NCBI GenBank assembly: GCA_050743365.1
Contig: JBOGFI010000072.1
Span: 25,667 to 89,666 of the forward strand
Direction of reading: 5' to 3'
DNA from: Acidimicrobiia bacterium
Lineage (GTDB): Bacteria > Actinomycetota > Acidimicrobiia > IMCC26256 > JACDBD01
DNA: 64,000 bases
The translations under genes were made by a program, and so were the position numbers. This document shows, piece by piece, positions 37,871-47,909 of this stretch. The stretch's first letter is position 1. Every line of letters begins with the position of its first letter. The notes beneath the pieces are model-generated. The model searched no databases. It was not told the DNA's origin and worked only from the letters and a program-made list of their open reading frames with translations.

Positions 37871-38640
37871 TGAAGGTCGGCATCCTGGCGGGCGGGCTGG
37901 GCACGCGCCTGGCCGAAGAGACCGAAGCCCTTCCCAAGCCGATGATCGAGATCGGCGGGAAGCCGATGCTGTGGCACATCATGAAGCACTACGCACACCA
38001 CGGCTTCTCCGACTTCGTCATCGCGCTCGGCTACAAGGGCGAGGTCATCAAGCGCTACATGGTCGAGTACTGCTCGCTGACGAGCAACCTCACCGTCCAC
38101 CTCGGCGAGGGGAGGGTCGAGCTGCACGAGGGGGAGCGCGAGAACTGGACCGCCGAGCTGATCGAGACCGGCTTCTACACCGCCACCGCAGGCCGCATCA
38201 AGCGACTCGCTCCTTACCTCGACGACGGCACGTTCCTGCTCACGTGGGGTGACGGCGTCTCCGACCTCGACCTCGAGGACCTCCTCGCCTTCCACCGCTC
38301 GCACGGCCGGCTGGCGACGCTGACCGCCGTCCGGCCCCCGGCTCGGTTCGGGCACATGGAGCTCGACGACGACGTCGTCACCGAGTTCTCGGAGAAGCCG
38401 CAGACCGGTGAGGGCTGGATCAACGGCGCGTTCTTCGTGCTCGAGCCGGGGGTGTTCGACTACGTCGAAGGCGACGACACGCAGTGGGAGCGCGAGCCGC
38501 TCGAGAACCTGGCCAAGGACGGCCAGCTCATGGCCTATCGCTACTCGGGCTTCTGGCAGTGCATGGACACCGTGCGCGACAAGAAGACCCTCGAGCGGCT
38601 CTGGGCGACGGGCGAGGCGCCCTGGAAGGTCTGGGACTGA
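37870..38640 (+). CDS. rfbF: Glucose-1-phosphate cytidylyltransferase
   Basis: The N-terminus [57 protein letters not shown] closely follows the RfbF N-terminus. GGAGG lies 6 nt upstream of ATG 37870. The track start is GTG at 37867. Confidence 0.9.
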   Translation: MKVGILAGGLGTRLAEETEALPKPMIEIGGKPMLWHIMKHYAHHGFSDFVIALGYKGEVIKRYMVEYCSLTSNLTVHLGEGRVELHEGERENWTAELIETGFYTATAGRIKRLAPYLDDGTFLLTWGDGVSDLDLEDLLAFHRSHGRLATLTAVRPPARFGHMELDDDVVTEFSEKPQTGEGWINGAFFVLEPGVFDYVEGDDTQWEREPLENLAKDGQLMAYRYSGFWQCMDTVRDKKTLERLWATGEAPWKVWD

Positions 38641-38645
38641 TCGGC

Positions 38646-39707
38646 ATGCGAGTCCTGGTCACCGGCCATCAGGGGTACATCGGCGTCCGGCTCGCCCCGC
38701 TGTTCCGGTCGGCCGGCCACGACGTCGTGGGCCTCGACAGCGGGCTGTTCGACGACTGCACCCTCGGCCCGGCCGGCCCCGGCATCGACACGCTGGAGCG
38801 CGACGTCCGTGACGTGACCGCCCGCGACCTGCGCGGCTTCGACGCCGTGGTGCACCTCGCCGGGATCTCGAACGACCCGCTGGGCGACCTCGACCCCGAC
38901 TGCACGTACGACATCAACCATCGGGGGACCGTCCACCTCGCCGAGCAGGCGAAGGCGGCGGGGGTCGCGCGCTTCCTCTTCTCGTCGTCGTGCAGTCTCT
39001 ACGGCGCGGCCGGCGACGCGATGCTCGACGAGCAGGCGGAGTTCAACCCCGTGACGCCGTACGGGTGGTCGAAGGTGCTGGCCGAACGGGATCTCGGTGT
39101 CCTGGCCGACGACGGGTTCTGTCCCGTCTTCCTCAGGAACGCGACCGCCTACGGGGTGTCGGCCCGGCTGCGCGGCGACCTGGTCGTCAACAACCTGGTG
39201 GGCTACGCGGTGACAACGGGAGAGGTGTTCCTCAAGAGCGACGGGTCGCCGCTGCGGCCGCTGGTCCACATCGAGGACATCGCCCGCGCCTTCCTCGCCC
39301 TCCTCGAGGCGCCGCGCGAGCTCGTCCACGGCGAGGCGTTCAACGTGGGCGTCAGCAGCGAGAACTACCGAATCAGGGAGGTCGCCGCGCTCGTGGAGGA
39401 GCTGGTGCCGGGAAGCCGGGTCGTGTTCGCGCAGGACGCCGGCCCCGACCGGCGGAACTACCGGGTGAGCTGCGACAAGCTCGCGGCCACCATGCCGGCG
39501 TTTCGGCCGCAGTGGACCGTCCGGGCCGGCATCGAGGAGCTGGTCGCCGCCTTCGGCGCCGCCCGGCTCACGCTCGACGACCTCACCGGCTCCCGGCTCC
39601 AGCGGATCCAGCACGTCAAGCGGCTGCTGGACGAGCACAGGCTCGGTCCCGACCTGAGATGGCGCGAGGCCCGGGCAGGTGCCAGGGCGACGGCGGCGCA
39701 TGGCTGA
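38646..39707 (+). CDS. NAD-dependent epimerase/dehydratase (SDR)
   Basis: ATG at 38646 gives [16 protein letters not shown]. Motifs are SSSCSLYG and YGWSKVLAE (YxxxK). Confidence 0.85.
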   Translation: MRVLVTGHQGYIGVRLAPLFRSAGHDVVGLDSGLFDDCTLGPAGPGIDTLERDVRDVTARDLRGFDAVVHLAGISNDPLGDLDPDCTYDINHRGTVHLAEQAKAAGVARFLFSSSCSLYGAAGDAMLDEQAEFNPVTPYGWSKVLAERDLGVLADDGFCPVFLRNATAYGVSARLRGDLVVNNLVGYAVTTGEVFLKSDGSPLRPLVHIEDIARAFLALLEAPRELVHGEAFNVGVSSENYRIREVAALVEELVPGSRVVFAQDAGPDRRNYRVSCDKLAATMPAFRPQWTVRAGIEELVAAFGAARLTLDDLTGSRLQRIQHVKRLLDEHRLGPDLRWREARAGARATAAHG

Positions 39708-40953
39708 GGGACCGCTGCCGCGCGCAGCGGCCTCGTGCCGGTCGTGTGGCGCGGACCGGCTCCGGCCGTTCCTCGATCTCGGCGAGACGCCGCTCGCCGA
39801 CGCCCTGGTGCGGCCGGGGGACCTCGCCAAGCCCGAACCGAGGTTCCCGCTGGTGGTGGCGTTCTGCCCCGAGTGCACGCTCGTGCAGATCCTCGAGGAG
39901 GTGCCGCCCGAGAAGCTCTTTGTCGAGAACTACCTCTACTTCTCGTCGTTCTCCGACGATCTGCTCGACCACGCCCGGCGCCATGCGCTCGACCTCGTCG
40001 ATCGCCAGGGGCTCGGTGCGAGCAGCCTCGCGGTCGAGCTCGCGAGCAACGACGGCTACCTCCTGCGCAACTTCGTCGACCGGGGCGTGCCGGTGCTCGG
40101 GATCGACCCCGCGCCCGACCAGGCCGAGGCGGCGGAGGCCGCCGGGGTGCCGACGATCCGCGAGTTCTTCGGCGTCGAGCTGGCGAAGCGGCTCGTCTCC
40201 GAGGGGCGGCGCGCCGACGTGATCGTGGCGAACAACGTGATGGCACACGTGCCCGATCTCAACGGGTTCGTCGAGGGAATGGAGATCCTGCTCGCCGACG
40301 ACGGGGTCGCCACGATCGAGAACCCGTACGTCCGGGACCTCGTCGAGCACGTCGAGTTCGACACCATCTACCACGAGCACTTCTGCTACTTCTCCTGCAC
40401 CGCCGTCGACGCCCTGATGCGGCGTCATGGCATGTTCCTCAACGACGTCGAGTACTTCCCGGGTCTCCACGGGGGGACCTTGCGGTGGTGGGTCGGGAAG
40501 CGGGAGCAGCCGTCCGAGACCGTCCGGCGCTACCTCGACGAGGAGCGCGCCACCGGCGTGACCGACTTCTCCTATTACCGCGATTTCGCCGAGCGCGTGG
40601 TTGCGATCAAGCGCGATCTGCTCGAGTTGCTCCGCGAGCTGAAGAGCGACGGCGCCCGGATCGCCGCTTACGGCGCCGCCGCCAAGGGCAGCACCCTCGT
40701 CAACTACGTCGGCATCGGCCCCGAGGTCGTCGACTTCGTCGTCGACCGCAACCTCCACAAGCAGGGCCTGTGCATGCCGGGAGTGCATCTCCCCATCCGC
40801 GACCCGGCTGCACTGCTCGATGAGCGACCCGAGTATGTGTTGCTCCTCGCCTGGAACTTCAAGGACGAGATCATGCGCCAGCAGGCCGAGTACCGGGAGC
40901 GGGGCGGTCGGTTCGTGGTGCCCGTGCCCGCCCCCACGGTGGTCTCGGCGTGA
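39700..40953 (+). CDS. TylCIII-type nucleotide-sugar methyltransferase (Zn-ribbon, SAM MTase and C-terminal Rossmann-like domain); module M0
   Basis: ATG at 39700 overlaps the SDR stop (ATGGCTGA). Motifs are CRSCG...[31 protein letters not shown] and DRNLHKQG. Confidence 0.85.
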   Translation: MAEGPLPRAAASCRSCGADRLRPFLDLGETPLADALVRPGDLAKPEPRFPLVVAFCPECTLVQILEEVPPEKLFVENYLYFSSFSDDLLDHARRHALDLVDRQGLGASSLAVELASNDGYLLRNFVDRGVPVLGIDPAPDQAEAAEAAGVPTIREFFGVELAKRLVSEGRRADVIVANNVMAHVPDLNGFVEGMEILLADDGVATIENPYVRDLVEHVEFDTIYHEHFCYFSCTAVDALMRRHGMFLNDVEYFPGLHGGTLRWWVGKREQPSETVRRYLDEERATGVTDFSYYRDFAERVVAIKRDLLELLRELKSDGARIAAYGAAAKGSTLVNYVGIGPEVVDFVVDRNLHKQGLCMPGVHLPIRDPAALLDERPEYVLLLAWNFKDEIMRQQAEYRERGGRFVVPVPAPTVVSA

Positions 40954-42143
40954 GCGGCAGGGCCGCGACCGATGCTGCCTGCCCGGCGTGCGACGCGATC
41001 GGGATGGACGTTTTCCACGAGCAGGACGGCGTTCCCGCCCACAGCGTGCTCCTGCTGCCGAGCCGTGACGAGGCTCTCGGCTATCCGACCGGCGACCTCA
41101 GGCTCGGCTTCTGCCGCTCTTGTGGGTTCATCTCGAACCTGGCCTTCGACGTCGCGCTCAACGAGTACTCCCAGCGCTGCGAGGAGACGCAGGGGTTCTC
41201 GCCGCATTTCCGGGCCTGGCTGCGGGGACTGGCCGAGGGGTTCGTCGACCGCTACGACCTGCGGGGCAGGGACGTGCTCGAGATCGGGTGCGGGAAGGGC
41301 GAGTTCCTCGCCCTCGTCTGTGAGCTCGGCGCCGGCCGCGGCACCGGGATCGATCCTGCCTACGTGCCTGATCGACTCGAGAGCGAGGCCGCCGATCGCC
41401 TGACGTTCATCACGGAGCTCTACTCGGAGGCGTACGGGCACCTGGTCGGCGACGCCGTCGCGTGCCGCCACACGCTCGAGCACATCGCTCCCGTCGCAGA
41501 GTTCGTCCGCACGGTGCGGCGCTCGCTCGCCGACCGCGACGACGTGATCGTCTTCTTCGAGCTGCCCGAGACCCTCAGGGTGCTGCGCGAGATTGCGTTC
41601 TGGGACATCTACTACGAGCACTGCTCGTACTTCACCCCCGGCTCCCTCACCCGCCTCTTCCGGCGCGAGGGCTTCGACCCGATCGACCTCCGCCTCGACT
41701 ACGCCGACCAGTACGTCCTCCTCGACACCCGGCCGGGGACAGGCCGGGGGCCGCAACTTCCGCTGGAGGACGACCTCGCCGAGACTGCTCGCCTCGTCGA
41801 CCACTTCCGGCGGGTGTTCCCCGAACGGGTGGAGGAGCTCGCAGCGACGATTCGCGCCGTGCACGCCGGCGACGGCCATACCGTGATCTGGGGAGCGGGC
41901 TCGAAGGGCGTGGCGTTCCTCACGACGCTGGGGGTCTCGGAGGACGAGATCGAGTACGCCGTGGATATCGACCCGTACAAGCAGGGCATGTTCATGGCCG
42001 GGACGGGCCAGGAGATCGTCGCCCCCGCCTTCCTCGCCGACTACCGGCCCGATCTCGTGCTGGTCATGAATCCCGTGTACACGGACGAGATCGGGCGGGA
42101 GCTCGAGTCGATGGGTCTCGCTCCCAAGGTCGTGGCGGTGTGA
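40950..42143 (+). CDS. Zn-ribbon SAM-dependent methyltransferase, same architecture as M0; module M1
   Basis: GTGA overlap at 40950. Motifs are CPACD...CRSCG, LEIGCGKGEFL, HTLEH, WDIYYEH, WGAGSKG and DPYKQG. Confidence 0.8.
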   Translation: MSGRAATDAACPACDAIGMDVFHEQDGVPAHSVLLLPSRDEALGYPTGDLRLGFCRSCGFISNLAFDVALNEYSQRCEETQGFSPHFRAWLRGLAEGFVDRYDLRGRDVLEIGCGKGEFLALVCELGAGRGTGIDPAYVPDRLESEAADRLTFITELYSEAYGHLVGDAVACRHTLEHIAPVAEFVRTVRRSLADRDDVIVFFELPETLRVLREIAFWDIYYEHCSYFTPGSLTRLFRREGFDPIDLRLDYADQYVLLDTRPGTGRGPQLPLEDDLAETARLVDHFRRVFPERVEELAATIRAVHAGDGHTVIWGAGSKGVAFLTTLGVSEDEIEYAVDIDPYKQGMFMAGTGQEIVAPAFLADYRPDLVLVMNPVYTDEIGRELESMGLAPKVVAV

Positions 42144-44713
42144 GCGAGCTCTCCGGCCGCTCGGAGTGCGTGACGTGCGGGAGTGAGGCGCGGACGCGCG
42201 TCCTCTCGCTGGAGTCGATGCCGGCGCTGATCAACCAGCGTTTCCCCGACGCCGCCTCGGCGCGGTCGGCTCCGCGGGGCGACGTGGAGCTCTTCCTCTG
42301 CGATGAATGCGGGATGATCGCCAACGCCGCCTTCGACCCCAAGCTGGTGGAGTACAGCCCCGCCTACGAGAACTCGCTGCACTTCTCGCCCACCTTCGAG
42401 CGCTACGCCGAGGGCCTGGCCAAGCGCCTGGTCGAGACGTACGACCTCCACTACAAGGTCGTCGTGGAGGTGGGGTGCGGCAAGGGCGAGTTCCTGTCTC
42501 TGCTCTGTCAGGCCGGGAACAACCGCGGCGTCGGCTTCGACCCGAGCTACGGCGGTGAGCTCGACGACTTCAGCGCCGCCCGGCACATGCGATTCGTGCC
42601 CCAGCTCTTCCCGGAGCCCACGCACACGAGCTTTGTGGACCTCGTCTGTGCCCGCCACGTGCTGGAGCACACTGCCGATCCGAACCTGTTCCTGCACCGC
42701 ATCGCTCGCGCAGTCGGCAATCAACAGGCCGTCGTCTACCTCGAGGTCCCCAACGCGACGTACATGCTTCGTAGCCTCGCCGTGTGGGACGTGATCTACG
42801 AGCACGTGCTGTACCTCTCGCCGGTGTCGCTCGCGCGGCTCGTACACGAGCAGGGCTTCGACATCCGTGCCCTCGGTACGGCGTTCGACGCCCAGTACCT
42901 CTTCGTCGAAGCCCAGCCGTCCACAGGGCACGCCTCGGGTCGCCGCGACGACAGTGCCATCGCCGAGCTCCGAGAGCTGGCGGCGCGCTTCGAAGCCCAC
43001 CTCCGGACCACCGTCGACACCTGGCGCTCCCGTCTCGAGGAGCTCGAAGGTCGCGGCCGCCGGATCGCGCTCTGGGGCGCCGGTTCCAAGGGCGGCACGT
43101 TCCTCAACGTCGTCCCCGGCGCTGACCTTATCGAGTGGGTGGTCGACGTCAATCCTCGCAAGCAGGGGACCTTCATCACGGGGACGGGGCATCGCATCGT
43201 GGCGCCCGAACAGCTCGCGGGCGTTTCGCCTGACGTGGTCATCGTGCTCAACCCCATCTACGTGCCCGAGGTCTCTGGCCGGCTCCGAGAGCTGGCGATC
43301 GACGCCGAGGTGATCGGGCCCGGGGCCGAGCCGGTCTCCGATGCCGGATCAGGCGAGGTCGAGATCGACCTACGAGACGACACCGCGCGACCGGGGAGTG
43401 ACGTCCGAACCCGCGTCGGGGCGTCGGCAAGCTCGGGCTGCGTGACCTGCAGGGGCGAGACGCTGACGCCCGTCCTCCGGATCGAGTCGGTCCCCGCGCT
43501 CGTCAACCGGCGCTGGCACGACGCCGAGTCCGCGCGAGCAGCCCCGCGGGGCGCCATCGAGCTCGTCCTGTGCGAGGAATGCGGGATGATTTACAATGCC
43601 GCCTTCGATCCGAGCCTCGTCGAGCACACCGCTGCGCACGAGAGCTCGCTCCACTTCTCGCCGACCTTGGCGCGACACGAGCAGTCGGTGGCCGAACGGC
43701 TCATCAAGACGTACGACGTTCGTGGAAAGGAAGTGCTCGAGATCGGCTACGGGAAGGGCGAGTTCCTCGAGCTCATCTGCGCCGCGGGCGGCAACCGCGG
43801 CGTCGGCTACGACCCCAGCTACGACGGGGAGCTCGACGACGTCGCGGCGGCACGGAACATCCGGTTCGTGCGCGAGCTCCTCCCGGAGGCCGGCCACGCC
43901 AGAGCGGCCGACCTGGTCTGCTCCCGGCACGTGCTCGAGTACGACCCCGAGCCCAGGGCGTTCCTCGGCCGGTTGGGGCGGGCCATCGGCGACGCCTCGA
44001 CGATCCTCGACTTCGAGGTCCCCGATGCGCTGTACATGCTGCGCGAGCTCGCGATCTGGGGCGTCAGCTACGAGCAGCCGCTGTACTTCTGCGCCCCCTC
44101 CCTCTCGCGGTTGGTCCGCGAGATGGGGTTCGAGGTCGTCGAGACGGGGCCCACCTTCGGCGGGCAGTACCTCTATCTGCAAGCTTCGCGACCGGGCGGT
44201 CCGGGCTCCGTCGCGCCGGCCGCCGAGGTCACGGCCGAGCTGTGGGAGCTGGGCAGGTCGTTCGGTCGCGGCTTCGAGGCCGTTGTGCAGATCTGGCGTG
44301 AGCGCCTCGAGGAGCTCGAACGTGAAGGTCGCCGGGTGGCGCTCTGGGGCGCCGGGTCCGAGGGCGTGACCTTCCTCAACGTCGTGCCCGGCGCCGACCG
44401 TCTCGAGTGGGTCGTCGATATCAACCGCCGGAAGCAGGGGGCGTTCGTCGCCGGCACCGGGCAGCGCATCATGGCGCCCGAACAGCTCGCGAGCGCGTCA
44501 CCGGACGTGGTGATCGTCCTCAACCCGCTCTACGCCTCCGAGGTCCGTGCCTGGTTGCGAGAGCTGGCCATCGACGCCGAGGTGATCGGGCCTGGGGGCG
44601 CGCCGGTCTCCGATAACGGATCAGGCAGGGTCGAGATCGATCTACGCGACGACACCGCGCCCGGCGTCGGACGCGGGCACCGGAGGGACGAAAGTGCTCA
44701 CGACTCGCGATAG
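42140..44713 (+). CDS. Two-module methyltransferase fusion (M2-M3), 857 aa
   Basis: GTGA overlap at 42140; the first part of track ORF 41462.. is an artefact. M2 carries CVTCG...CDECG, VEVGCGKGEFL, HVLEH, WDVIYEH and WGAGSKG. The linker is GPGAEPVSDAGSGEVEIDLRDDTARPGSDVRTRVGASASSG. M3 carries CVTCRG...CEECG, LEIGYGKGEFL, HVLEY, WGVSYEQ and WGAGSEG. Confidence 0.75.
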   Translation: MSELSGRSECVTCGSEARTRVLSLESMPALINQRFPDAASARSAPRGDVELFLCDECGMIANAAFDPKLVEYSPAYENSLHFSPTFERYAEGLAKRLVETYDLHYKVVVEVGCGKGEFLSLLCQAGNNRGVGFDPSYGGELDDFSAARHMRFVPQLFPEPTHTSFVDLVCARHVLEHTADPNLFLHRIARAVGNQQAVVYLEVPNATYMLRSLAVWDVIYEHVLYLSPVSLARLVHEQGFDIRALGTAFDAQYLFVEAQPSTGHASGRRDDSAIAELRELAARFEAHLRTTVDTWRSRLEELEGRGRRIALWGAGSKGGTFLNVVPGADLIEWVVDVNPRKQGTFITGTGHRIVAPEQLAGVSPDVVIVLNPIYVPEVSGRLRELAIDAEVIGPGAEPVSDAGSGEVEIDLRDDTARPGSDVRTRVGASASSGCVTCRGETLTPVLRIESVPALVNRRWHDAESARAAPRGAIELVLCEECGMIYNAAFDPSLVEHTAAHESSLHFSPTLARHEQSVAERLIKTYDVRGKEVLEIGYGKGEFLELICAAGGNRGVGYDPSYDGELDDVAAARNIRFVRELLPEAGHARAADLVCSRHVLEYDPEPRAFLGRLGRAIGDASTILDFEVPDALYMLRELAIWGVSYEQPLYFCAPSLSRLVREMGFEVVETGPTFGGQYLYLQASRPGGPGSVAPAAEVTAELWELGRSFGRGFEAVVQIWRERLEELEREGRRVALWGAGSEGVTFLNVVPGADRLEWVVDINRRKQGAFVAGTGQRIMAPEQLASASPDVVIVLNPLYASEVRAWLRELAIDAEVIGPGGAPVSDNGSGRVEIDLRDDTAPGVGRGHRRDESAHDSR

Positions 44714-44758
44714 GGGCGCGATGCCCAAGAGCCCGCGTGCACCCGACACCGGCCCGGC

Positions 44759-45985
44759 ATGACCCGGGTCGGCGCGTCGGGAGGCTCTGCGTGCGTGACG
44801 TGCAGGGGGGAGGCGCTGACGCGCGTCCTCCGGGTCGAGTCGGTCCCGGCGCTCGTCAACCGGCGCTGGCCCGACGCGGAATCCGCGCGAGCAGCCCCGC
44901 GGGGCGACATCGAGCTGGTCCTGTGCGAGGAATGCGGGACGATACACAATGCCGCCTTCGATCCGAGCCTCGTCGTGTACACCCCTGCATACGAGAACTC
45001 GCTCCACTTCTCGCCGACCTTCGAGCGGCACGCGCACTCCGTTGCCGAACGGCTCGTCAAGACGTACGACGTTCGTGGAAAGGAAGTGCTCGACATCGGC
45101 TGCGGGAAGGGCGAGTTCCTCGAGCTCATCTGCGCCGCCGGCGGCAACCGCGGCGTCGGCTACGACCCCACCTACGACGGGGAGCTCGACGACGTCGCCG
45201 GCGCGCGGAACCTCCGGTTCGTGCGCGAGCTCTTCCCGGAGATGGGGCACGCGAGGGGGGCCGACCTGGTCTGCTCCCGGCACGTGCTCGAGCACGATCC
45301 CGAGCCCAGGGCGTTCCTCGGCCGGCTGGCCCGGGCCATAGGCGACGCTCCGACCATCCTCGACCTCGAGGTCCCCGATGCCCTCCACATGCTGCGCGAG
45401 CTCGCGATCTGGGACGTCATCTACGAGCACCCGTTGTACTTTTGTGCCATCTCCCTCTCGCGGCTGGTCCGCGAGATGGGGTTCGAGGTCCTCGAGACGG
45501 GACCCACCTTCGGCGGGCAGTACCTTTATCTGCAAGCGGCGCGATCGGGCACTCCGGACTCCGTCGGGCCGGCTGCTGACGTCACCGCCGAGCTGCGGGA
45601 GCTGGGCAGGTCGTTCGGTCGCGGCTTCGACGCGGTTGTGCAGATCTGGCGTGAGCGCCTCGAGGAGCTCGAACGTGAAGGTCGCCGGGTGGCGCTCTGG
45701 GGCGCCGGGTCGAAGGGCGTGACCTTCCTCAACGTCGTGCCCGGCGCCGACCGTCTCGAGTGGGTCGTCGATATCAACCGCCGGAAGCAGGGGGCGTTCG
45801 TCGCCGGCACCGGCCAGCGCATCGTGGCGCCCGAACAGCTCGCGAGCGCGTCACCGGACGTGGTGATCGTCCTCAACCCGCTCTACGCCTCCGAGATCCG
45901 TGCCTGGTTGCGAGAGCTCGCCATCGACGCCGAGGTGATCGGGCCGGAGGACGCGACTCGAGCCCGCCACCGTCTGGCGCGATGA
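44759..45985 (+). CDS. Zn-ribbon SAM-dependent methyltransferase; module M4
   Basis: 408 aa. Motifs are CVTCRG...CEECG, LDIGCGKGEFL, HVLEH, WDVIYEH, WGAGSKG and NRRKQG, all in canonical form. Confidence 0.85.
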   Translation: MTRVGASGGSACVTCRGEALTRVLRVESVPALVNRRWPDAESARAAPRGDIELVLCEECGTIHNAAFDPSLVVYTPAYENSLHFSPTFERHAHSVAERLVKTYDVRGKEVLDIGCGKGEFLELICAAGGNRGVGYDPTYDGELDDVAGARNLRFVRELFPEMGHARGADLVCSRHVLEHDPEPRAFLGRLARAIGDAPTILDLEVPDALHMLRELAIWDVIYEHPLYFCAISLSRLVREMGFEVLETGPTFGGQYLYLQAARSGTPDSVGPAADVTAELRELGRSFGRGFDAVVQIWRERLEELEREGRRVALWGAGSKGVTFLNVVPGADRLEWVVDINRRKQGAFVAGTGQRIVAPEQLASASPDVVIVLNPLYASEIRAWLRELAIDAEVIGPEDATRARHRLAR

Positions 45986-47892
45986 TCGTCGGCTCGACCT
46001 GGGTGCCCATGCCTCTGTCACGACGACACTTCATCGCCGCCGGCTTCGGGTTGGTGGCAGGCGGCGTCGCCGCTGCCTGCCAGTCCGGGGGGCCGAGCCG
46101 ACGGTCACGAAATCCCGTGCCGGCGGGCCGGTGGAGCAACCCCGCAACCTGGGGTGGTGCCGTCCCCCGTCGCGGCGCGCACGTGGTGGTGGACCGGGCG
46201 GTGCTCGTCGACGTCGACGCCGAGGTGGCCAGCCTCACCATCAGCCCGGTAGGGACGCTGGTCTTCGACCCTGAGGGCGGACGCACCCTCGAGAGCGAGG
46301 GCAACGTCGTCGTCCACGGACGCCTCGCCATGCGCCCGGCGACGGCGTCGGCCGAGCACCGGCTCGTGTTCAGGGGCGTCGACGAGCGGCGCTTCGCCGG
46401 TGGTGGCATGGACCCGTTGGACTCCGACGTGGGCCTGTGGGTCATGGGCGCGGGGGTGCTCGACGCCGCCGGCACCCCGAAGCGGGCATGGTCGCGTCTC
46501 GCCGAGCCTGCCCGCTTCGGGACGAGCAGCATCACCGTGGCCGACCCCTCGGGCTGGCAGGCGGGCGACGAGATCGTCGTCACCCCGACCGAGGCCCCGT
46601 CCCTTCCCGAGCATCACCTGCGCCACGATCGCCGCCGCATCGCCTCGATCTCGGGGACCGAGATCGAGCTCGACACTCCTCTCGACTTCCCACACCCCGC
46701 CGTCGAGGTCGCGCCCGGGCACACGATGAGGGCCGAGGTCCTGAACCTGACCCGGAACGTCCGGATCGAAGGCACCCCCGACGGGCGTGCCCACGTGTTC
46801 ATTCGAGCCGGCCGCCAGACGATCTCCCACGTCGAGCTCGCCCACGTCGGTCCTCGCCAGCCGACGCCCGACCCGCAGGCGGACAGCCAGAAGGTGCTCG
46901 GTCGCTACGGCCTTCACTTCCACCATTGCGGCGACGGCTCGAGTGGCTCGACGGTCGAGGGCTGCGTCATCCGCGACGCCGGCAACCACGCCTTCGTGCC
47001 CCACACCTCCCACGGAATCACGTTCCGCGACTGCATCTCCCACGACACCATCGAGAAGCCGTACTGGTGGGACGAGTCCGAGCTCACCGACGACACGCTC
47101 TTCGAGCGCTGCGTCGCCAGTCGCTCGCGCCACGATCCCGACTCGCGCGGCTACGGCCACGAGGCATTCCTGTTCGGAGCCGGGGAGGGAAACCGGGCCC
47201 GGGACTGCGTGGCTTCGGGCATCTCGGGCGGCTTCGGTGGCTTCGGCTGGGACGCGCTCCACCCCCAGTCCGTATGGCCCGAGGCATCCGGCCTCGTCGC
47301 CCACAACATCAATGGCCCGGGCATCAAGGTGTGGCAGAACAATTTCGAGTGCCACCACATCCGCGGCTTCGTCAGCTACCACAACTCTGGCGCAGGCATC
47401 GAGCACGGCGCCTACGGCAACAACTACCTCTACGAGGACGGCATCTGCTACGGCAACGGGGCTTCGCCCATCGATGTCCACGCGTCGTTTACCGCTCCGC
47501 GCTCCGATGACAACGGCAAGGTCTGCGACCAGCGACAGACCTACCGCCGTATCCATTGCGACGGCGGGGGTCGGGCTGAGTACGGCATTCAGTTCGGCCC
47601 TACCCCCGCAGGCGCGTCTGACGACGGCCAGCCGGTGCTCATCGAGGAATGCACGTTCGCCGGTACCACCCGAGCGAACGTCGGCATGGTTGGTCCCGGC
47701 TCCGACACGCCGATCCTCGTCGACGCCTTGCGCAACACGTATGGCGGGAACGCCTTCTGGCTCAACTCGGATGTGCCGGCGGGTTCCCAGATCAAGGTCG
47801 ACGACCCGACGCACCGCCGGGTCACGCTGCGGGCGGCCGGCCAGCCGGGGACACCCAATGCGGAGTGGAACGCCTCCGTCGAGAGCCCCTGA
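45982..47892 (+). CDS. Secreted G8-domain / right-handed beta-helix protein, probable Tat-exported lipoprotein
   Basis: ATGA overlap with M4 at 45982-45985. The N-terminus is MIVGSTWVPMPLSRRHFIAAGFGLVAGGVAAAC, with a twin-arginine motif and lipobox-like AAAC. The G8-like start is WSNPATWGGAVPRRGAHVVVDRAVLVD. Repeated NHAF, GHEAF and GAGIEHG beta-helix-like segments follow. Confidence 0.8.
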   Translation: MIVGSTWVPMPLSRRHFIAAGFGLVAGGVAAACQSGGPSRRSRNPVPAGRWSNPATWGGAVPRRGAHVVVDRAVLVDVDAEVASLTISPVGTLVFDPEGGRTLESEGNVVVHGRLAMRPATASAEHRLVFRGVDERRFAGGGMDPLDSDVGLWVMGAGVLDAAGTPKRAWSRLAEPARFGTSSITVADPSGWQAGDEIVVTPTEAPSLPEHHLRHDRRRIASISGTEIELDTPLDFPHPAVEVAPGHTMRAEVLNLTRNVRIEGTPDGRAHVFIRAGRQTISHVELAHVGPRQPTPDPQADSQKVLGRYGLHFHHCGDGSSGSTVEGCVIRDAGNHAFVPHTSHGITFRDCISHDTIEKPYWWDESELTDDTLFERCVASRSRHDPDSRGYGHEAFLFGAGEGNRARDCVASGISGGFGGFGWDALHPQSVWPEASGLVAHNINGPGIKVWQNNFECHHIRGFVSYHNSGAGIEHGAYGNNYLYEDGICYGNGASPIDVHASFTAPRSDDNGKVCDQRQTYRRIHCDGGGRAEYGIQFGPTPAGASDDGQPVLIEECTFAGTTRANVGMVGPGSDTPILVDALRNTYGGNAFWLNSDVPAGSQIKVDDPTHRRVTLRAAGQPGTPNAEWNASVESP

Positions 47893-47909
47893 CACCCCTG
47901 AGCGCGCAC

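Larger units (their letters stand above)
42140..45985 (+). repeat. Tandem triplication of a methyltransferase gene unit (M2, M3, M4)
   Basis: The period is about 1270 bp from M2 to M3 and 1353 bp from M3 to M4, measured between the ...atcaaccgccggaagcag landmarks at about 44410 and 45763. The last ~330 bp of M3 and M4 are near-identical by eye. The shadow ORFs on the minus strand are duplicated too (44173..44523 versus 45526..45876). Confidence 0.9.

Noticed and set aside
41462-42139. N-terminal 226 codons of the 1083-aa track ORF
   Set aside because: It overlaps methyltransferase M1 in another frame and is R/P-rich. The real M2 start is the GTGA-coupled GTG at 42140.
42140-45985. Methyltransferase tandem array as an assembly artefact
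   Set aside because: The three units differ at many positions, and their junctions differ in length and sequence. This argues against a simple mis-assembly. Copy number still deserves long-read confirmation.
46105-47895. 596-aa minus-strand ORF
   Set aside because: It lies antisense to the G8/beta-helix gene. It has no motifs, and its composition is typical of a GC-frame artefact.
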